This document shows, piece after piece, positions 46,569 through 56,467 of a stretch of 64,000 nucleotides of DNA (position 1 is its first letter; each line of letters begins with the position of its first letter). The stretch comes from a bacterium HR37 (GTDB lineage: Bacteria > Desulfobacterota_D > UBA1144 > Nemesobacterales > CSP1-2). The DNA is taken from positions 64,347 to 128,346 of the forward strand of contig BEIN01000002.1 in the NCBI GenBank assembly GCA_002898375.1. Direction: 5' to 3'. The position numbers and the translations under genes are program-made. The notes beneath the pieces are model-generated. The model searched no databases and was not told where the DNA came from. It saw nothing but the letters and a program-made list of their open reading frames with translations.

Positions 46569-47969
46569 CTATGATTTAAGGGCATTTGCCAGATCCATAA
46601 TAGCTTTTTTTGCATCGCTAAAGAGCATAAGACAGTTGTCCGCAGCAAAAAGTGGGTTGGGAATTCCAGCAAAACCAGGAGCAAGGCTTCTTTTTATTAC
46701 CACAACGGAGCGGGCTTCATCCACGTTCAAAATCGGCATGCCGGCAATTGGGTTTGATGGATCAGAAGAGTTTCTTGCCAGAGGGTTTACCACATCGTTT
46801 GCTCCTATTACCAAAACCACATCTGTTTCCTTAAATTCTGGGTTTATCTCATCCATTTCCTTTAGCTTATCGTAAGGTATATCAACCTCTGCAAGCAGAA
46901 CGTTCATGTGTCCTGGCATACGTCCAGCTACAGGATGAATTGCAAACTCTACCTCTATACCTCTGGATTCCAGAAGGTCTGTAAGGTCTTTAATCGGGTA
47001 CTGGGCTTGTGCAACCGCCATACCGTAGCCAGGCACTATGATAACTTTCCTGGCTCCTTCAAGCAACATTGCAACCTCTTCAGGAGAGGCTGATTTTACA
47101 CGACCAGCGTATATGCTATCACTTTCGGATTCAGTGGCAACTATGGTTCCCACACCTGCAAACATGACATTGGCAAGTGATCGGTTCATTGCCTTACACA
47201 TGAGTGCTGTTAGTATAAAGCCTGCACTTCCAACCAACGAACCTGAAATTATAAGTACACTGTTATTTAAAACCCAGCCGTGACCGGCTGCTGCAATTCC
47301 TGAGTAAGCATTGAGCAGGGAAATAACCACAGGCATATCTGCTCCGCCAATTGGTATTACAAGCAATATGCCCAGAACAGAAGCAACTATAACCATGAGC
47401 CAGTATGGAAGCGAGAATACGGGATTTACAATTAGCCATGCACTAAGGGCAATGCATACTATTAAAAGCGCTAAATTTATAGCATGTCTTCCCGGTAAAA
47501 GGATGGGGCGTTCTTCAATTAGCCCCTGAAGTTTTGCAAAGGCGACTCCGCTTCCGGTAAGAGAAATTCCCCCTATAAGTCCTGAAGCTGCAGCAGAGAC
47601 TGTAAACACAATATCTATCTCTTCTATGAACCCACCTTTAAGTGCCTCTTCAAGGGCAGCTCCAACTGCAAGTGCAGAGGCACCTCCTCCAAACCCATTA
47701 AATATGGCAACCACTTGGGGCATGGCAGTCATAGGGGCTTTATAGGCCATTATGGCTCCTATAAGTGCGCCTATAACCAGCCCTGCTATTATTACTTCGT
47801 AACTTACTATGCGTCTGTCAAGAAGAGTAACCACAATGGCTATAAGCATCCCCAGGGCCCCTAAGAGGTTGCCACGAACAGCAGTACGTGGATGAGACAA
47901 TAACTTTAACCCTATAATAAAGCACACGGAGGCAAGAAGGTAAAAGAGGTTTATATACTCTCTTGGCAT
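46569..47969 (-). CDS. pntB: NAD(P) transhydrogenase beta subunit
   Basis: GGADMPVVISLLN, PGYGMAVAQAQ, IHPVAGRMPGHMNVLLAE, GANDVVNP. Confidence 0.98.
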   Translation of the reverse strand: MPREYINLFYLLASVCFIIGLKLLSHPRTAVRGNLLGALGMLIAIVVTLLDRRIVSYEVIIAGLVIGALIGAIMAYKAPMTAMPQVVAIFNGFGGGASALAVGAALEEALKGGFIEEIDIVFTVSAAASGLIGGISLTGSGVAFAKLQGLIEERPILLPGRHAINLALLIVCIALSAWLIVNPVFSLPYWLMVIVASVLGILLVIPIGGADMPVVISLLNAYSGIAAAGHGWVLNNSVLIISGSLVGSAGFILTALMCKAMNRSLANVMFAGVGTIVATESESDSIYAGRVKSASPEEVAMLLEGARKVIIVPGYGMAVAQAQYPIKDLTDLLESRGIEVEFAIHPVAGRMPGHMNVLLAEVDIPYDKLKEMDEINPEFKETDVVLVIGANDVVNPLARNSSDPSNPIAGMPILNVDEARSVVVIKRSLAPGFAGIPNPLFAADNCLMLFSDAKKAIMDLANALKS

Positions 47970-47971
47970 CT

Positions 47972-48262
47972 TTACTTAACCTCTTTTTTGGTGTGAAACA
48001 TCTCTAACATTCGGTGTGTTACAAGAAATCCCCCTACCACATTGGCAGTTGCCATGATTACGGCTGCAAGACCCAGTATTGTGGTAAACGTTGTAAGCTT
48101 CATACCCGATGTTACAAGCGTCCCTACAAGGGTTATGCCTGATATGGCATTTGCCCCGGACATAAGAGGGGTGTGAAGAAGCGGGGGCACCTTGCTTATT
48201 ACCTCAAAGCCCACAAACAGTGCCAGTACAAAAATCGTTAAGGCAGATACAAAGACTTCCAT
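47972..48262 (-). CDS. pntA: NAD(P) transhydrogenase alpha-2 (membrane) subunit
   Basis: LHTPLMSGANAISG, NVVGGFLVTHRMLEMF. Confidence 0.95.
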   Translation of the reverse strand: MEVFVSALTIFVLALFVGFEVISKVPPLLHTPLMSGANAISGITLVGTLVTSGMKLTTFTTILGLAAVIMATANVVGGFLVTHRMLEMFHTKKEVK

Positions 48263-48273
48263 AATCCCCTCCT

Positions 48274-49452
48274 TTATTGGTTATCTTTACCCTCAGGTGA
48301 TTTGGCCGGTAATCCAAGCAGAGTACGCACCATGGGGTTTACAACCTCTCCCCCTTGGGTGACCAGTGTGTCGTGAATGATTGGGTCCTCCAAGTTTATG
48401 CTTAGCTTGCCGTTTCTTAGCAGGTTCTTAACGAAAGCCGTTATGTTTCTTGAGTACATGCTACTTGCATGAAATGGAACGGTTGAAGCAAGGTTTAAGG
48501 GTCCGAAAATGGTAACCCCATTTAGCTCTATCTTTTCCCCTGGCTTTGTAACCTCACAGTTACCTCCTGTTTCTGCGGCCATATCAACTATTACGGACCC
48601 AGGCTTCATGTTGTGTATCATATCCTTTGTGATCAAAACCGGTGCCCTTCTCCCTGGAATGGATGCCGTTGTTATCACAACGTCGCTTTCGGCAACTACG
48701 TTATTTATCATCTCTCTCTGACGCCTGTAAAAATCTTCACCCATATCCCGTGCGTAACCACTGGATGTCTCAGCTTCCTTGGTTTCTAGACCGAGTTCCA
48801 CAAACTTTGCCCCTAGGCTCTGTACCTGTTCCTTTACAGATGGCCTTATGTCATAGGCCTGTACTACAGCACCTAGGCGCTTTGATGTTGCTATTGCCTG
48901 TAGTCCAGCAACACCTGCTCCAATTACAAATACCTTGGCTGGTGTTATTGTCCCAGCGGCTGTAATCATCATGGGAAACATCTTTTTAAGAGCGGTTGCA
49001 GCTATTAGAACAGCCTTATACCCTGCAATGGTGGCCATTGAGCTAAGAACATCCATGGGTTGAGCACGGGTTATGCGGGGAAGTAGTTCTAAGGCAAAAG
49101 CTGTAATGTTTCTTTGTGCTAGCTCCTTGGAAAGTTCAGGCCTTGTAAGTGGATTTAAGAGTCCTATTGCTACCTGACCAGGCTGGAATAACTCAAGTTC
49201 GTTGTGGTAGGTATTTTCTCCTATTACATGTATCCTAAGTACAATGTCGGATTTTAAAAAGAGCTGCTTTCTGTCGGATACAACGTTTGCCCCTTTCTTT
49301 TCGTATTCATTATCTGAAAAGCCAGCTTTCTCTCCTGCTCCTTTCTCTACCAGTACCTCTAATCCTGACTTGGTAAGTTCAGGAACAGAAGAGGGAACAA
49401 CAGCAACCCTCTGTTCATCAGGGTAACTCTCAGCGGGTATCCCTACTATCAT
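48274..49452 (-). CDS. pntA: NAD(P) transhydrogenase alpha-1 (NAD-binding) subunit
   Basis: EQRVA, PRITRAQ, AGYKAV, GAGVAGLQA, PGRRAP, GGNCE. Confidence 0.96.
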   Translation of the reverse strand: MIVGIPAESYPDEQRVAVVPSSVPELTKSGLEVLVEKGAGEKAGFSDNEYEKKGANVVSDRKQLFLKSDIVLRIHVIGENTYHNELELFQPGQVAIGLLNPLTRPELSKELAQRNITAFALELLPRITRAQPMDVLSSMATIAGYKAVLIAATALKKMFPMMITAAGTITPAKVFVIGAGVAGLQAIATSKRLGAVVQAYDIRPSVKEQVQSLGAKFVELGLETKEAETSSGYARDMGEDFYRRQREMINNVVAESDVVITTASIPGRRAPVLITKDMIHNMKPGSVIVDMAAETGGNCEVTKPGEKIELNGVTIFGPLNLASTVPFHASSMYSRNITAFVKNLLRNGKLSINLEDPIIHDTLVTQGGEVVNPMVRTLLGLPAKSPEGKDNQ

Positions 49453-49500
49453 AATTTTTACCTATTTATCACATTAAAAATTTTTAGTCAAGCATATTTA

Positions 49501-49567
49501 TTGTATTTGTAATCATGCTAGATTATAATCTCCTAAGATAATAAAAGAGAAACCGGTTTTCTCTTTT
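49501..49567 (+). promoter_or_regulatory. sigma70 promoter and leader inverted repeat of the GGDEF-EAL gene
   Basis: TTGTAT-17-TATAAT (49501-49529); AAAAGAGAAA-ccggt-TTTCTCTTTT (49543-49567). Confidence 0.55.
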
Positions 49568-49631
49568 TAAATTAAGAAATGCTTCTTGTTCATAGCTGAA
49601 TGAAGAGGTGTTTTAAAAGGGGATATACATT

Positions 49632-52319
49632 GTGAGTAGCTATATTGTAAAAAAAGAAGATAACGCTTTGGAGGTACTCTGTGAGTTTATCGAATCTATT
49701 TCCATGTCTTCTAGTTTGCAGGAGGTATACAGCGTTTTTCTTGGTTGCCTTTTAAAGCTAAAAAAGGTCAGCTCAGCCGCAATCTACTCTGTAGATGATA
49801 AGAAAGGACAGGATGCGGTGTTAAGAGCGTATGTTAACTTACCTAAGGTCTGGGTGGAAAAAATGGGTGTTATACCTTATGACAACGGGTTTATATGGAG
49901 GATTGCAGAGACTGGAAGAACACTCTTTATAAAAGACATTCAGGAGGGGTTTGAGACTGGTTTTTGTTTTAAAGAGTTGTGTAACAGATGGGTCTTAGGA
50001 ATTCCGGTACTTCTAGAGAATAGGGTAAGAGGTGTTTTGCTTTTATTTAGTCACAGAAACAGTAGCTTTGATAGTGAGAATATAGCACTCATTTCAACCT
50101 TAGGTAAGCAAATGGCAACACTTCTAGCAAAGGTAGAGCAGGTAGAGGAGCTAAAATCGAGAAATAAGGTTCTTTCTATTCTTGGTGTGATTTCCCATAC
50201 GGTTAATAGCTCTGTTGAGCTCAGATACACCTACAAGACGGTTTTGGAGATCATAAAGGGAATTGACTTTGTGGACATATTTGGAGTCTATTTGGTTGAG
50301 GGGAAAAAAAGAAAAAAGGAAGCTGTATTGCATGTTTACAGCGGGTTCTCAAAAGAGTATCTAAAAAGAGCAAGCCGTATTCCATACGGCAGGGGAATTA
50401 CATGGTATGTAATTAACAAGGGGGAGACAGTGTATTTTCAAAACGTCTCCATTCTGTATTCAAAACTTGGTTGTGCTGGCAGGTTCCTTGGTATCCGTAC
50501 GCTTCTGTCTATACCTGTAAAGTTGGATAGGGGTACAATAGGTGTGGTACATTTTGCAAGTATTAAAAAACATTCGTTTACTCAACAGGAGTATGATTTT
50601 CTGGTATCCCTCGGAAATCAAATAGGGGTGGCTATAGTTAAGGCAAAGGTTGTAAAGGATTTGGTAAAAAGTAAAAGAGCCTTAAAGGACAGCGAATACA
50701 GATATAAATTCTTATATGAGAACAACCCCTCTATGTACTTTACCGTGGATGCAACCGGAAAGGTTATCTCGGTAAATCGGTTCGGGGTAAAGCATCTTGG
50801 ATATACGACCGAGGAACTGGTTGGTAGATCAATTCTGGATATTTTTTACGAGGAGGATAGGGAAAAGGTTGGGGAACAACTCAGGCTCTGTTTATCCAAA
50901 CCAAATGAGGTTTTTAGCTGGGAGCTTAGGAAGCTCTGCAGGGATGGCAGGTTGATATGGGTTAGGGAGTATGCTCAATCTGTCCGTGACGATAAAGGGA
51001 ATCAGGTTATTCTTATTGTGTGTGATGACATTACTGATTACAAGTATCAAGAAACAAGAATTCGACACCTTGCGGAGCATGATTTTCTAACCGGTCTTCC
51101 AAATAGACGTGTCCTTGAGGGACGTTTGTCTGATGCTATAGGGCGTGCCAGGTCCGGTGAGAAAAGTGCCCTTATCCTTCTTGACCTTGACGATTTTAAG
51201 TTGATAAACGATACACTTGGACATATTGCTGGAGACAGGCTTTTAGTTAATCTGGCAAGGTTCCTGCAGGACAAGATGGATTCAAATTGTCTCTTAACCA
51301 GGTTTGGTGGGGACGAGTTTGCTATTCTTATGGAGAACTCCTCAATAGAGTCAGCAAAGTCTTTTGCTAATCGTATATACGATGAACTCAAGGGTTTTAA
51401 ATTCATCCTGGATAACCACGTATTTGAGTTCACAGTGAGCATAGGGGTTTTTATCATTGATGGCAGTATGGATGTGCAGGCCGTTTTAAATCTAACCGAT
51501 TCTACCCTGTATAGAGCAAAGGAGCTAGGGAAAAACCGTATCATGGTAAATGAGTTTACGGGCGATAGCCATTCAAAGCTTGCTGGAGCTACAAGATGGG
51601 CTAATCTAATAAAGAATGCCCTTTCGGAGAACAGATTCCTGCTTTACTACCAGCCCATAGTTAACATCGAGAGTGGGGAGACAGAGTACTTTGAGGTTCT
51701 TCTTAGGCTAAGAGATGAAAGCGGGCAAATCATTTCACCGGATGCTTTTATACGTGTTGCTGAAAGCTTTGGTCTGATGCCTGGAATAGATCTCTGGATG
51801 CTCGAGATTGTTCTTGATTTGCTTTCATCAACGCACTCGGGGGCTAAGTTCTTTGTGAACCTTTCACGCTCAAGTCTTGGAAACGCTTATCTTATTGACT
51901 TCATTAAAGAGCGCTTTCTTAAGGGGGATAATATCCTAGATCGTTTGGTGTTTGAGGTTAGTGAGATTGTTACCGCAGGAGACCTGGAAAAGACCAAACT
52001 GTGGATGAGGCAGCTAAGACAAGTGGGTTGCCTTTTTGCCATAGACGATTTTGGAATAGGTGTTTCTTCTTTCCATTCCCTTCGCACTCTTCCTGTTAGC
52101 TATGTAAAGATCGATAAGTCCCTAGTATGGAATATGCATACGGATAGCACTAACTATAAGATAGTAGAGGCCTTTACCATGATCGCTCATGCTCTTGGTA
52201 AAAAGGTTATTGCTGAGGGGGTAGAAAGTAAGGAGGTGGTGAATATACTCAGGGAATTTAAAATAGATTACGGTCAGGGATACTTCTGGGGCATGCCAAG
52301 TGAGGTGGTTTTACCCTAG
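49632..52319 (+). CDS. GAF-GAF-PAS-GGDEF-EAL c-di-GMP cyclase/phosphodiesterase
   Basis: Two GAF-like regions, PAS (YENNPSMYFTVD...RKDG-like CRDGRLIWV), DLDDFKLINDTLGH, FGGDEF, EVLLR, VNLS, DDFG, YVKID, AEGVE, YGQG. Confidence 0.93.
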   Translation: MSSYIVKKEDNALEVLCEFIESISMSSSLQEVYSVFLGCLLKLKKVSSAAIYSVDDKKGQDAVLRAYVNLPKVWVEKMGVIPYDNGFIWRIAETGRTLFIKDIQEGFETGFCFKELCNRWVLGIPVLLENRVRGVLLLFSHRNSSFDSENIALISTLGKQMATLLAKVEQVEELKSRNKVLSILGVISHTVNSSVELRYTYKTVLEIIKGIDFVDIFGVYLVEGKKRKKEAVLHVYSGFSKEYLKRASRIPYGRGITWYVINKGETVYFQNVSILYSKLGCAGRFLGIRTLLSIPVKLDRGTIGVVHFASIKKHSFTQQEYDFLVSLGNQIGVAIVKAKVVKDLVKSKRALKDSEYRYKFLYENNPSMYFTVDATGKVISVNRFGVKHLGYTTEELVGRSILDIFYEEDREKVGEQLRLCLSKPNEVFSWELRKLCRDGRLIWVREYAQSVRDDKGNQVILIVCDDITDYKYQETRIRHLAEHDFLTGLPNRRVLEGRLSDAIGRARSGEKSALILLDLDDFKLINDTLGHIAGDRLLVNLARFLQDKMDSNCLLTRFGGDEFAILMENSSIESAKSFANRIYDELKGFKFILDNHVFEFTVSIGVFIIDGSMDVQAVLNLTDSTLYRAKELGKNRIMVNEFTGDSHSKLAGATRWANLIKNALSENRFLLYYQPIVNIESGETEYFEVLLRLRDESGQIISPDAFIRVAESFGLMPGIDLWMLEIVLDLLSSTHSGAKFFVNLSRSSLGNAYLIDFIKERFLKGDNILDRLVFEVSEIVTAGDLEKTKLWMRQLRQVGCLFAIDDFGIGVSSFHSLRTLPVSYVKIDKSLVWNMHTDSTNYKIVEAFTMIAHALGKKVIAEGVESKEVVNILREFKIDYGQGYFWGMPSEVVLP

Positions 52320-52327
52320 CTATAAAA

Positions 52328-52921
52328 CTACTTTATGGCTTCTATAAGCCTGTTTAGGATTTCTTGAAATTTGCTCTCGTATCTTGTGTTAAGCTCTGAG
52401 AGGAAGTACCGCCACTCTGGGAGTTGCTCTATTGCATCTTCAACCGAAAGTTGAACAACTATTTTGGTGTCTTGCTGCTGAATCTCTCTTATCCTCAGTT
52501 CGGGATTTCTCTCAACTTGAATTCTAAAGTTGTTATAGGCCATCTTCATCTCTTCATCGTATCTTTTTTGAATCTCCTGTAAGGTGTTAAGAAGTGCCTC
52601 AACCTCTGGGATCTTTTTGTCCTCCTTAAGGGTTTCTATGGCCAGTATCCCTTCCCTTTTTCGTTGGGTCTCATGCAAGCTGTCTTTTAACCTTAAGGAC
52701 TCTATAAGCCTTTTTTGAGCCTCTTTAAATATTTCTTCTTTACCTTCTTCCTTCAATAACTTCCAGAGCTCATTTGCATCTATCTCTTCCTTGTTGAACC
52801 TAGCAAGTATTGAGTTTAGTCTCTCCTGGGCCTTTATCTTCTCTCTCTCTTCTTTTGTTGGCTCTCCAATCTCTGCAGCCTTTTCCATGGCGATCTCAAA
52901 GGCTGTTTTTATTTCTTCCAT
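52328..52921 (-). CDS. Conserved-looking helical/coiled-coil hypothetical protein
   Basis: [16 protein letters not shown]-terminus; E/K/L/Q-rich; overlaps the DnaJ-domain gene stop. Confidence 0.75.
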   Translation of the reverse strand: MEEIKTAFEIAMEKAAEIGEPTKEEREKIKAQERLNSILARFNKEEIDANELWKLLKEEGKEEIFKEAQKRLIESLRLKDSLHETQRKREGILAIETLKEDKKIPEVEALLNTLQEIQKRYDEEMKMAYNNFRIQVERNPELRIREIQQQDTKIVVQLSVEDAIEQLPEWRYFLSELNTRYESKFQEILNRLIEAIK

Positions 52922-53772
52922 AGTATTTCCCTCCCTTGAATTACGAGTTTGTCTACATAGTGTTTAAGTCTTGAGTAAAGTGGAACCTGTACCTTAACTT
53001 TAAGGTATAGATCCCCAACCCGACTTCCATCACTCTTCCTTCTTCCAAGTCCCTTTAGCCTGAGTACCTGGCCATCTCTGATTCCAGGAGGAATCTTTAT
53101 CGCTATCTCTTTTAGCTTTCCATCGGTTCCCCTGTGCTGATAAATTAGTTCTCCTCCCGCGTGAGCCTGCTCAGGTGTAAGGTATACTACATCATGTAGG
53201 TCGGTTTCATCTGAGGAATTTGCTACATCGGTTATCTTTTTTGTGTACTCTATCGCCTTTTTTAGCAAACCCGATAACCGGGAAACTCCTAGCTCAGCCT
53301 GGTTCTTTTCCCTTCGGGGCGATTTGTGAGGCTTTTCCCTGTAGGGAATGGTAAAGATGAAAAAACCTCGAGCAAAAAAACCCGGGGATTCAAACTCAAA
53401 CCTTCTGTATCTTGAGCCGTATATGTCTCTGAATATATCATCAGCGCTCCGAAATCCAAAGGCTTTAGCAAACTCATCAAATATGCGGTTTATATCAGAG
53501 CCCCTAAATATATCCTCATCGGAGTATCTCTGCCTGAACCTTTCGTATCCCGAGGAACCATACTGTGCTCTTAGGGCATCGTATTGCTTTCTTTTCTCAG
53601 GGTCGCTAAGTACGGAGTAGGCTTCATTTATCTCCTTCATCTTTTCAACAGCCGAGGGGTTGTCTCTGTTACGGTCAGGGTGGTACTTAAAAGCAAGCCT
53701 GCGATAGGCTTCCTTTATCTGCTGCTGGGTTGCACGTTCGTTGACCTCCAGGATCCTGTAGTAGTCTTTCAT
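52909..53772 (-). CDS. DnaJ-domain protein (CbpA-like, no zinc finger)
   Basis: [37 protein letters not shown]...LRLKGLG...GDLYL. Confidence 0.9.
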   Translation of the reverse strand: MKDYYRILEVNERATQQQIKEAYRRLAFKYHPDRNRDNPSAVEKMKEINEAYSVLSDPEKRKQYDALRAQYGSSGYERFRQRYSDEDIFRGSDINRIFDEFAKAFGFRSADDIFRDIYGSRYRRFEFESPGFFARGFFIFTIPYREKPHKSPRREKNQAELGVSRLSGLLKKAIEYTKKITDVANSSDETDLHDVVYLTPEQAHAGGELIYQHRGTDGKLKEIAIKIPPGIRDGQVLRLKGLGRRKSDGSRVGDLYLKVKVQVPLYSRLKHYVDKLVIQGREILWKK

Positions 53773-53854
53773 TTTATCTTAATCTCTAACTGGCTTTTTA
53801 AGCTTAAACCTTTAATATATTAACACAACAAAAAAGGAATCTAAAAAAAATCAC

Positions 53855-53907
53855 TTGACAACTACTATATATTGTGTTTCAATCCAAAAAGAATACAACA
53901 TATAACA
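53855..53907 (+). promoter_or_regulatory. nrdJ promoter with tandem NrdR boxes
   Basis: TTGACA 53855-60; box 1 ACTACTATATATTGTG 53861-76; weaker box 2 (TACAACATATAA from 53894) 31 bp later. Confidence 0.7.
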
Positions 53908-53925
53908 AAAGAGGAGGATAGAGAG

Positions 53926-56352
53926 ATGGATTCGGAAAAATTATCAACCGTAGATAACCTGGAAAACAGACTATCAGAGGGACAGGGTTTGGGTGAAGAG
54001 GACTCTTACGGGGAGTATATGATCCCCAAGGATGGGATTATGGAGATACCACAGGAAACGATAAGTGCTTTTGGTGGAGATGAACTTCGTGCAAGGGTGT
54101 TTTATGAAAAGTATGCTTTACGTGATGAAACTGGAAGGATTGTTGAGAAGACCCCTGATGAAATGTGGCATAGGGTTGCAAGAGAGATTGCCTCTACTGA
54201 GAAGACCCAGAAACTTAGGCGAGAGTGGGAGGAGAATTTTTATTGGCTTCTTTCCGATTTTAGATTCATTCCTGGAGGTAGAATCCTTTTTGGGGCAGGG
54301 CAGAAAAGAAGGGCTACCCTTCTTAACTGCTATTTTATACCCATCAAGGAGGATTCAATAGAGGCGATATTTGAGTGGTGTAAGGAGGCGGCAAGAACCT
54401 ATTCATTTGGAGGTGGTGTTGGAACTGACATATCCGTTTTAAGGCCCAAAGGTGCACCCGTTAATAACTCCGCGATATATTCTACTGGGGCAGTTTCTTT
54501 TATGGAGCTGTTCTCAACCACAACGGGGACGATTGGTCAGGCTGGTAGGCGTGGTGCGCTTATGATAACGATAGATGTAACACATCCGGATGTCTTGGAT
54601 TTTATAGATATAAAAAACGACCCAGAGAGAACAAAGGTTAGATTTGCAAATATATCGGTTAAGGTAACTGACGAATTTATGAAAGCTGTTGAGGAGGATA
54701 GGGATTTTGAACTCAAATTTGAAAACGATAGGGTGAGGGTTACAAAAAAGGTAAGAGCTAGAGAACTTTGGAAGAAACTTGTCAGGTCTGCATGGGCATC
54801 TGCTGAGCCGGGTGTGATATTTTGGGATGCTGTAAAGAGGTTTTCTCCAACTGAGTACAACGGAATGGAGATCCACGGGTTCAACCCGTGTAGTGAGCAG
54901 GCTCTTGAGGACTATGGAAACTGCTGTCTTGGAAATATCAATCTCTCTCTGTTTGTTAAAGATGCATTTACCGAGCATGCCTCTATTGAGTGGGAGAGTC
55001 TTGAACGTGCCCTTAGATTCGCTGTTAGGTTTCTTGACAATGTGCTTGATTACAACATAGAGAAGCACCCTCTTAGGGCTCAGAGAGACTCCTCTCAGAA
55101 CTCTCGTCGAATCGGTGTGGGTTTTACAGGCTTTGGAGATATGCTTGCAAAACTCAACCTGAGATACGACACACATGAGGCAATACAGTTTGCAGACAAG
55201 ATGTTTGAATACATAAAGAACCTTGTTTATGAGGCAAGTTCTGACCTTGCAGCCGAAAAGGGAAGTTTTCCCGCATTTGATCCCGAACTTCACCTCTCAC
55301 GTCCGTTCTTAAAAACCGTGGATGAGCGCGTAAGGGAAAAGATAAGGAAACAGGGACTCAGAAATGCCTGTATCCTTACCGTTCCACCTGTAGGAAGCGG
55401 CTCTATACTTGCTGGGACTACCAGTGGAATTGAACCTATATTTGCCCTTTCGTACTACAGGCGTTCTAATTCACTTTCTCAGGAAGAGTTTAAAGTCTAT
55501 CATCCCCTTGTTGCTGAGTATATGGAGCGGTTTGGAATCAAGGATGAGAGGGATCTCCCCCCCATATTTGTAACGGCTCATCAGATAGAGCCTGAGATGC
55601 GGGTTCGTATGCAAGCTGCTATACAGAAGCACATTGATTCCTGTATATCGAGTACCGTAAACCTTCCCTCAGACATAACCCCAGAGGAGGTTGAAAAGAT
55701 TTATTTCCTTGCCTGGAAACTTGGATGTAAGAGTATAACGGTATACAGGGAGGGTTCTCGTGAGGGTATACTTTTAACGGAGAAGGCAAGAAAGAAGGAA
55801 GAAACTCCAAAGCCAAAAAGGGGTGATGACAACAAGGAAAGCCACTCTAATCCTGTAGAATTTTCCTCTCCTATACCGGAGGTTAAACCACTTAAGCGAC
55901 CACAGTACCTTGAGGGGTTTACCGAGGTTGTAAAAACGGGTTATGGGAATCTCTACGTTACGGTTAATCTCTACGAGGGAAGACCTTTTGAGGTCTTCGT
56001 CCAGATTGGTAAATCCGGATACACAACTATGGCTGATGCTGAGGCTATTGGCCGTCTGGCCTCTCTTGCTCTCAGATCAGGTATAAGCGTAAGAGAGGTT
56101 GTAGAGCAGTTAGAGGGGATAGGGGGTGCTTCTCCGGTATTTGCTGATGGAAAGCTTATAATGTCTATTCCCGATGCGATAGCCTTGGTGTTAAAGAAAC
56201 ATTTTGTTTCCGACTCTGGTGATGGGGTTGGAGCAAAACCAAGAAGGGTTGATGTAGGTTTTGAGAGGTGCCCTGATTGTGGTAGCCGTGCCCTTGCGTT
56301 TGAGCAGGGATGCATAAACTGCAAGAACTGTGGATTCTCTAAGTGTGATTAA
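53926..56352 (+). CDS. nrdJ: Class II (B12-dependent) ribonucleotide reductase with C-terminal TSCPD-like/zinc-ribbon region
   Basis: PGGRIL, LLNCY, RRGA, NPCSEQ, CCLGNINL, TSGIEP, STVNLP, GCKSITVYREGSR, CPDC...CKNCGFSKC. GAGGAG SD before ATG 53926. Confidence 0.93.
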   Translation: MDSEKLSTVDNLENRLSEGQGLGEEDSYGEYMIPKDGIMEIPQETISAFGGDELRARVFYEKYALRDETGRIVEKTPDEMWHRVAREIASTEKTQKLRREWEENFYWLLSDFRFIPGGRILFGAGQKRRATLLNCYFIPIKEDSIEAIFEWCKEAARTYSFGGGVGTDISVLRPKGAPVNNSAIYSTGAVSFMELFSTTTGTIGQAGRRGALMITIDVTHPDVLDFIDIKNDPERTKVRFANISVKVTDEFMKAVEEDRDFELKFENDRVRVTKKVRARELWKKLVRSAWASAEPGVIFWDAVKRFSPTEYNGMEIHGFNPCSEQALEDYGNCCLGNINLSLFVKDAFTEHASIEWESLERALRFAVRFLDNVLDYNIEKHPLRAQRDSSQNSRRIGVGFTGFGDMLAKLNLRYDTHEAIQFADKMFEYIKNLVYEASSDLAAEKGSFPAFDPELHLSRPFLKTVDERVREKIRKQGLRNACILTVPPVGSGSILAGTTSGIEPIFALSYYRRSNSLSQEEFKVYHPLVAEYMERFGIKDERDLPPIFVTAHQIEPEMRVRMQAAIQKHIDSCISSTVNLPSDITPEEVEKIYFLAWKLGCKSITVYREGSREGILLTEKARKKEETPKPKRGDDNKESHSNPVEFSSPIPEVKPLKRPQYLEGFTEVVKTGYGNLYVTVNLYEGRPFEVFVQIGKSGYTTMADAEAIGRLASLALRSGISVREVVEQLEGIGGASPVFADGKLIMSIPDAIALVLKKHFVSDSGDGVGAKPRRVDVGFERCPDCGSRALAFEQGCINCKNCGFSKCD

Positions 56353-56363
56353 TTCTGGGTCTC

Positions 56364-56410
56364 AAGACAGGTTCGATCCGCTAAGACTAGGGATTGAACC
56401 TGTCTTTTAA
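56364..56410 (+). terminator. Intrinsic terminator-like hairpin after nrdJ
   Basis: AAGACAGGTTCGATCC / GGATTGAACCTGTCTT, 16-bp stem with one G-U, followed by TT. Confidence 0.7.
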
Positions 56411-56421
56411 AATAAGTTGGT

Positions 56422-56450
56422 TTGACCGCACCTTTTCCTTCCAGTATACT
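56422..56450 (+). promoter_or_regulatory. sigma70 promoter of the malic enzyme gene
   Basis: TTGACC-17-TATACT; ATG 17 nt later, no SD. Confidence 0.65.
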
Positions 56451-56467
56451 AAAACTTAAGTTTTTAT

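Noticed and set aside
56364-56406. GGTTCGATCC resembles a tRNA T-loop
   Set aside because: It is one arm of a 16-bp hairpin after nrdJ; no acceptor, D or anticodon arms can be built.
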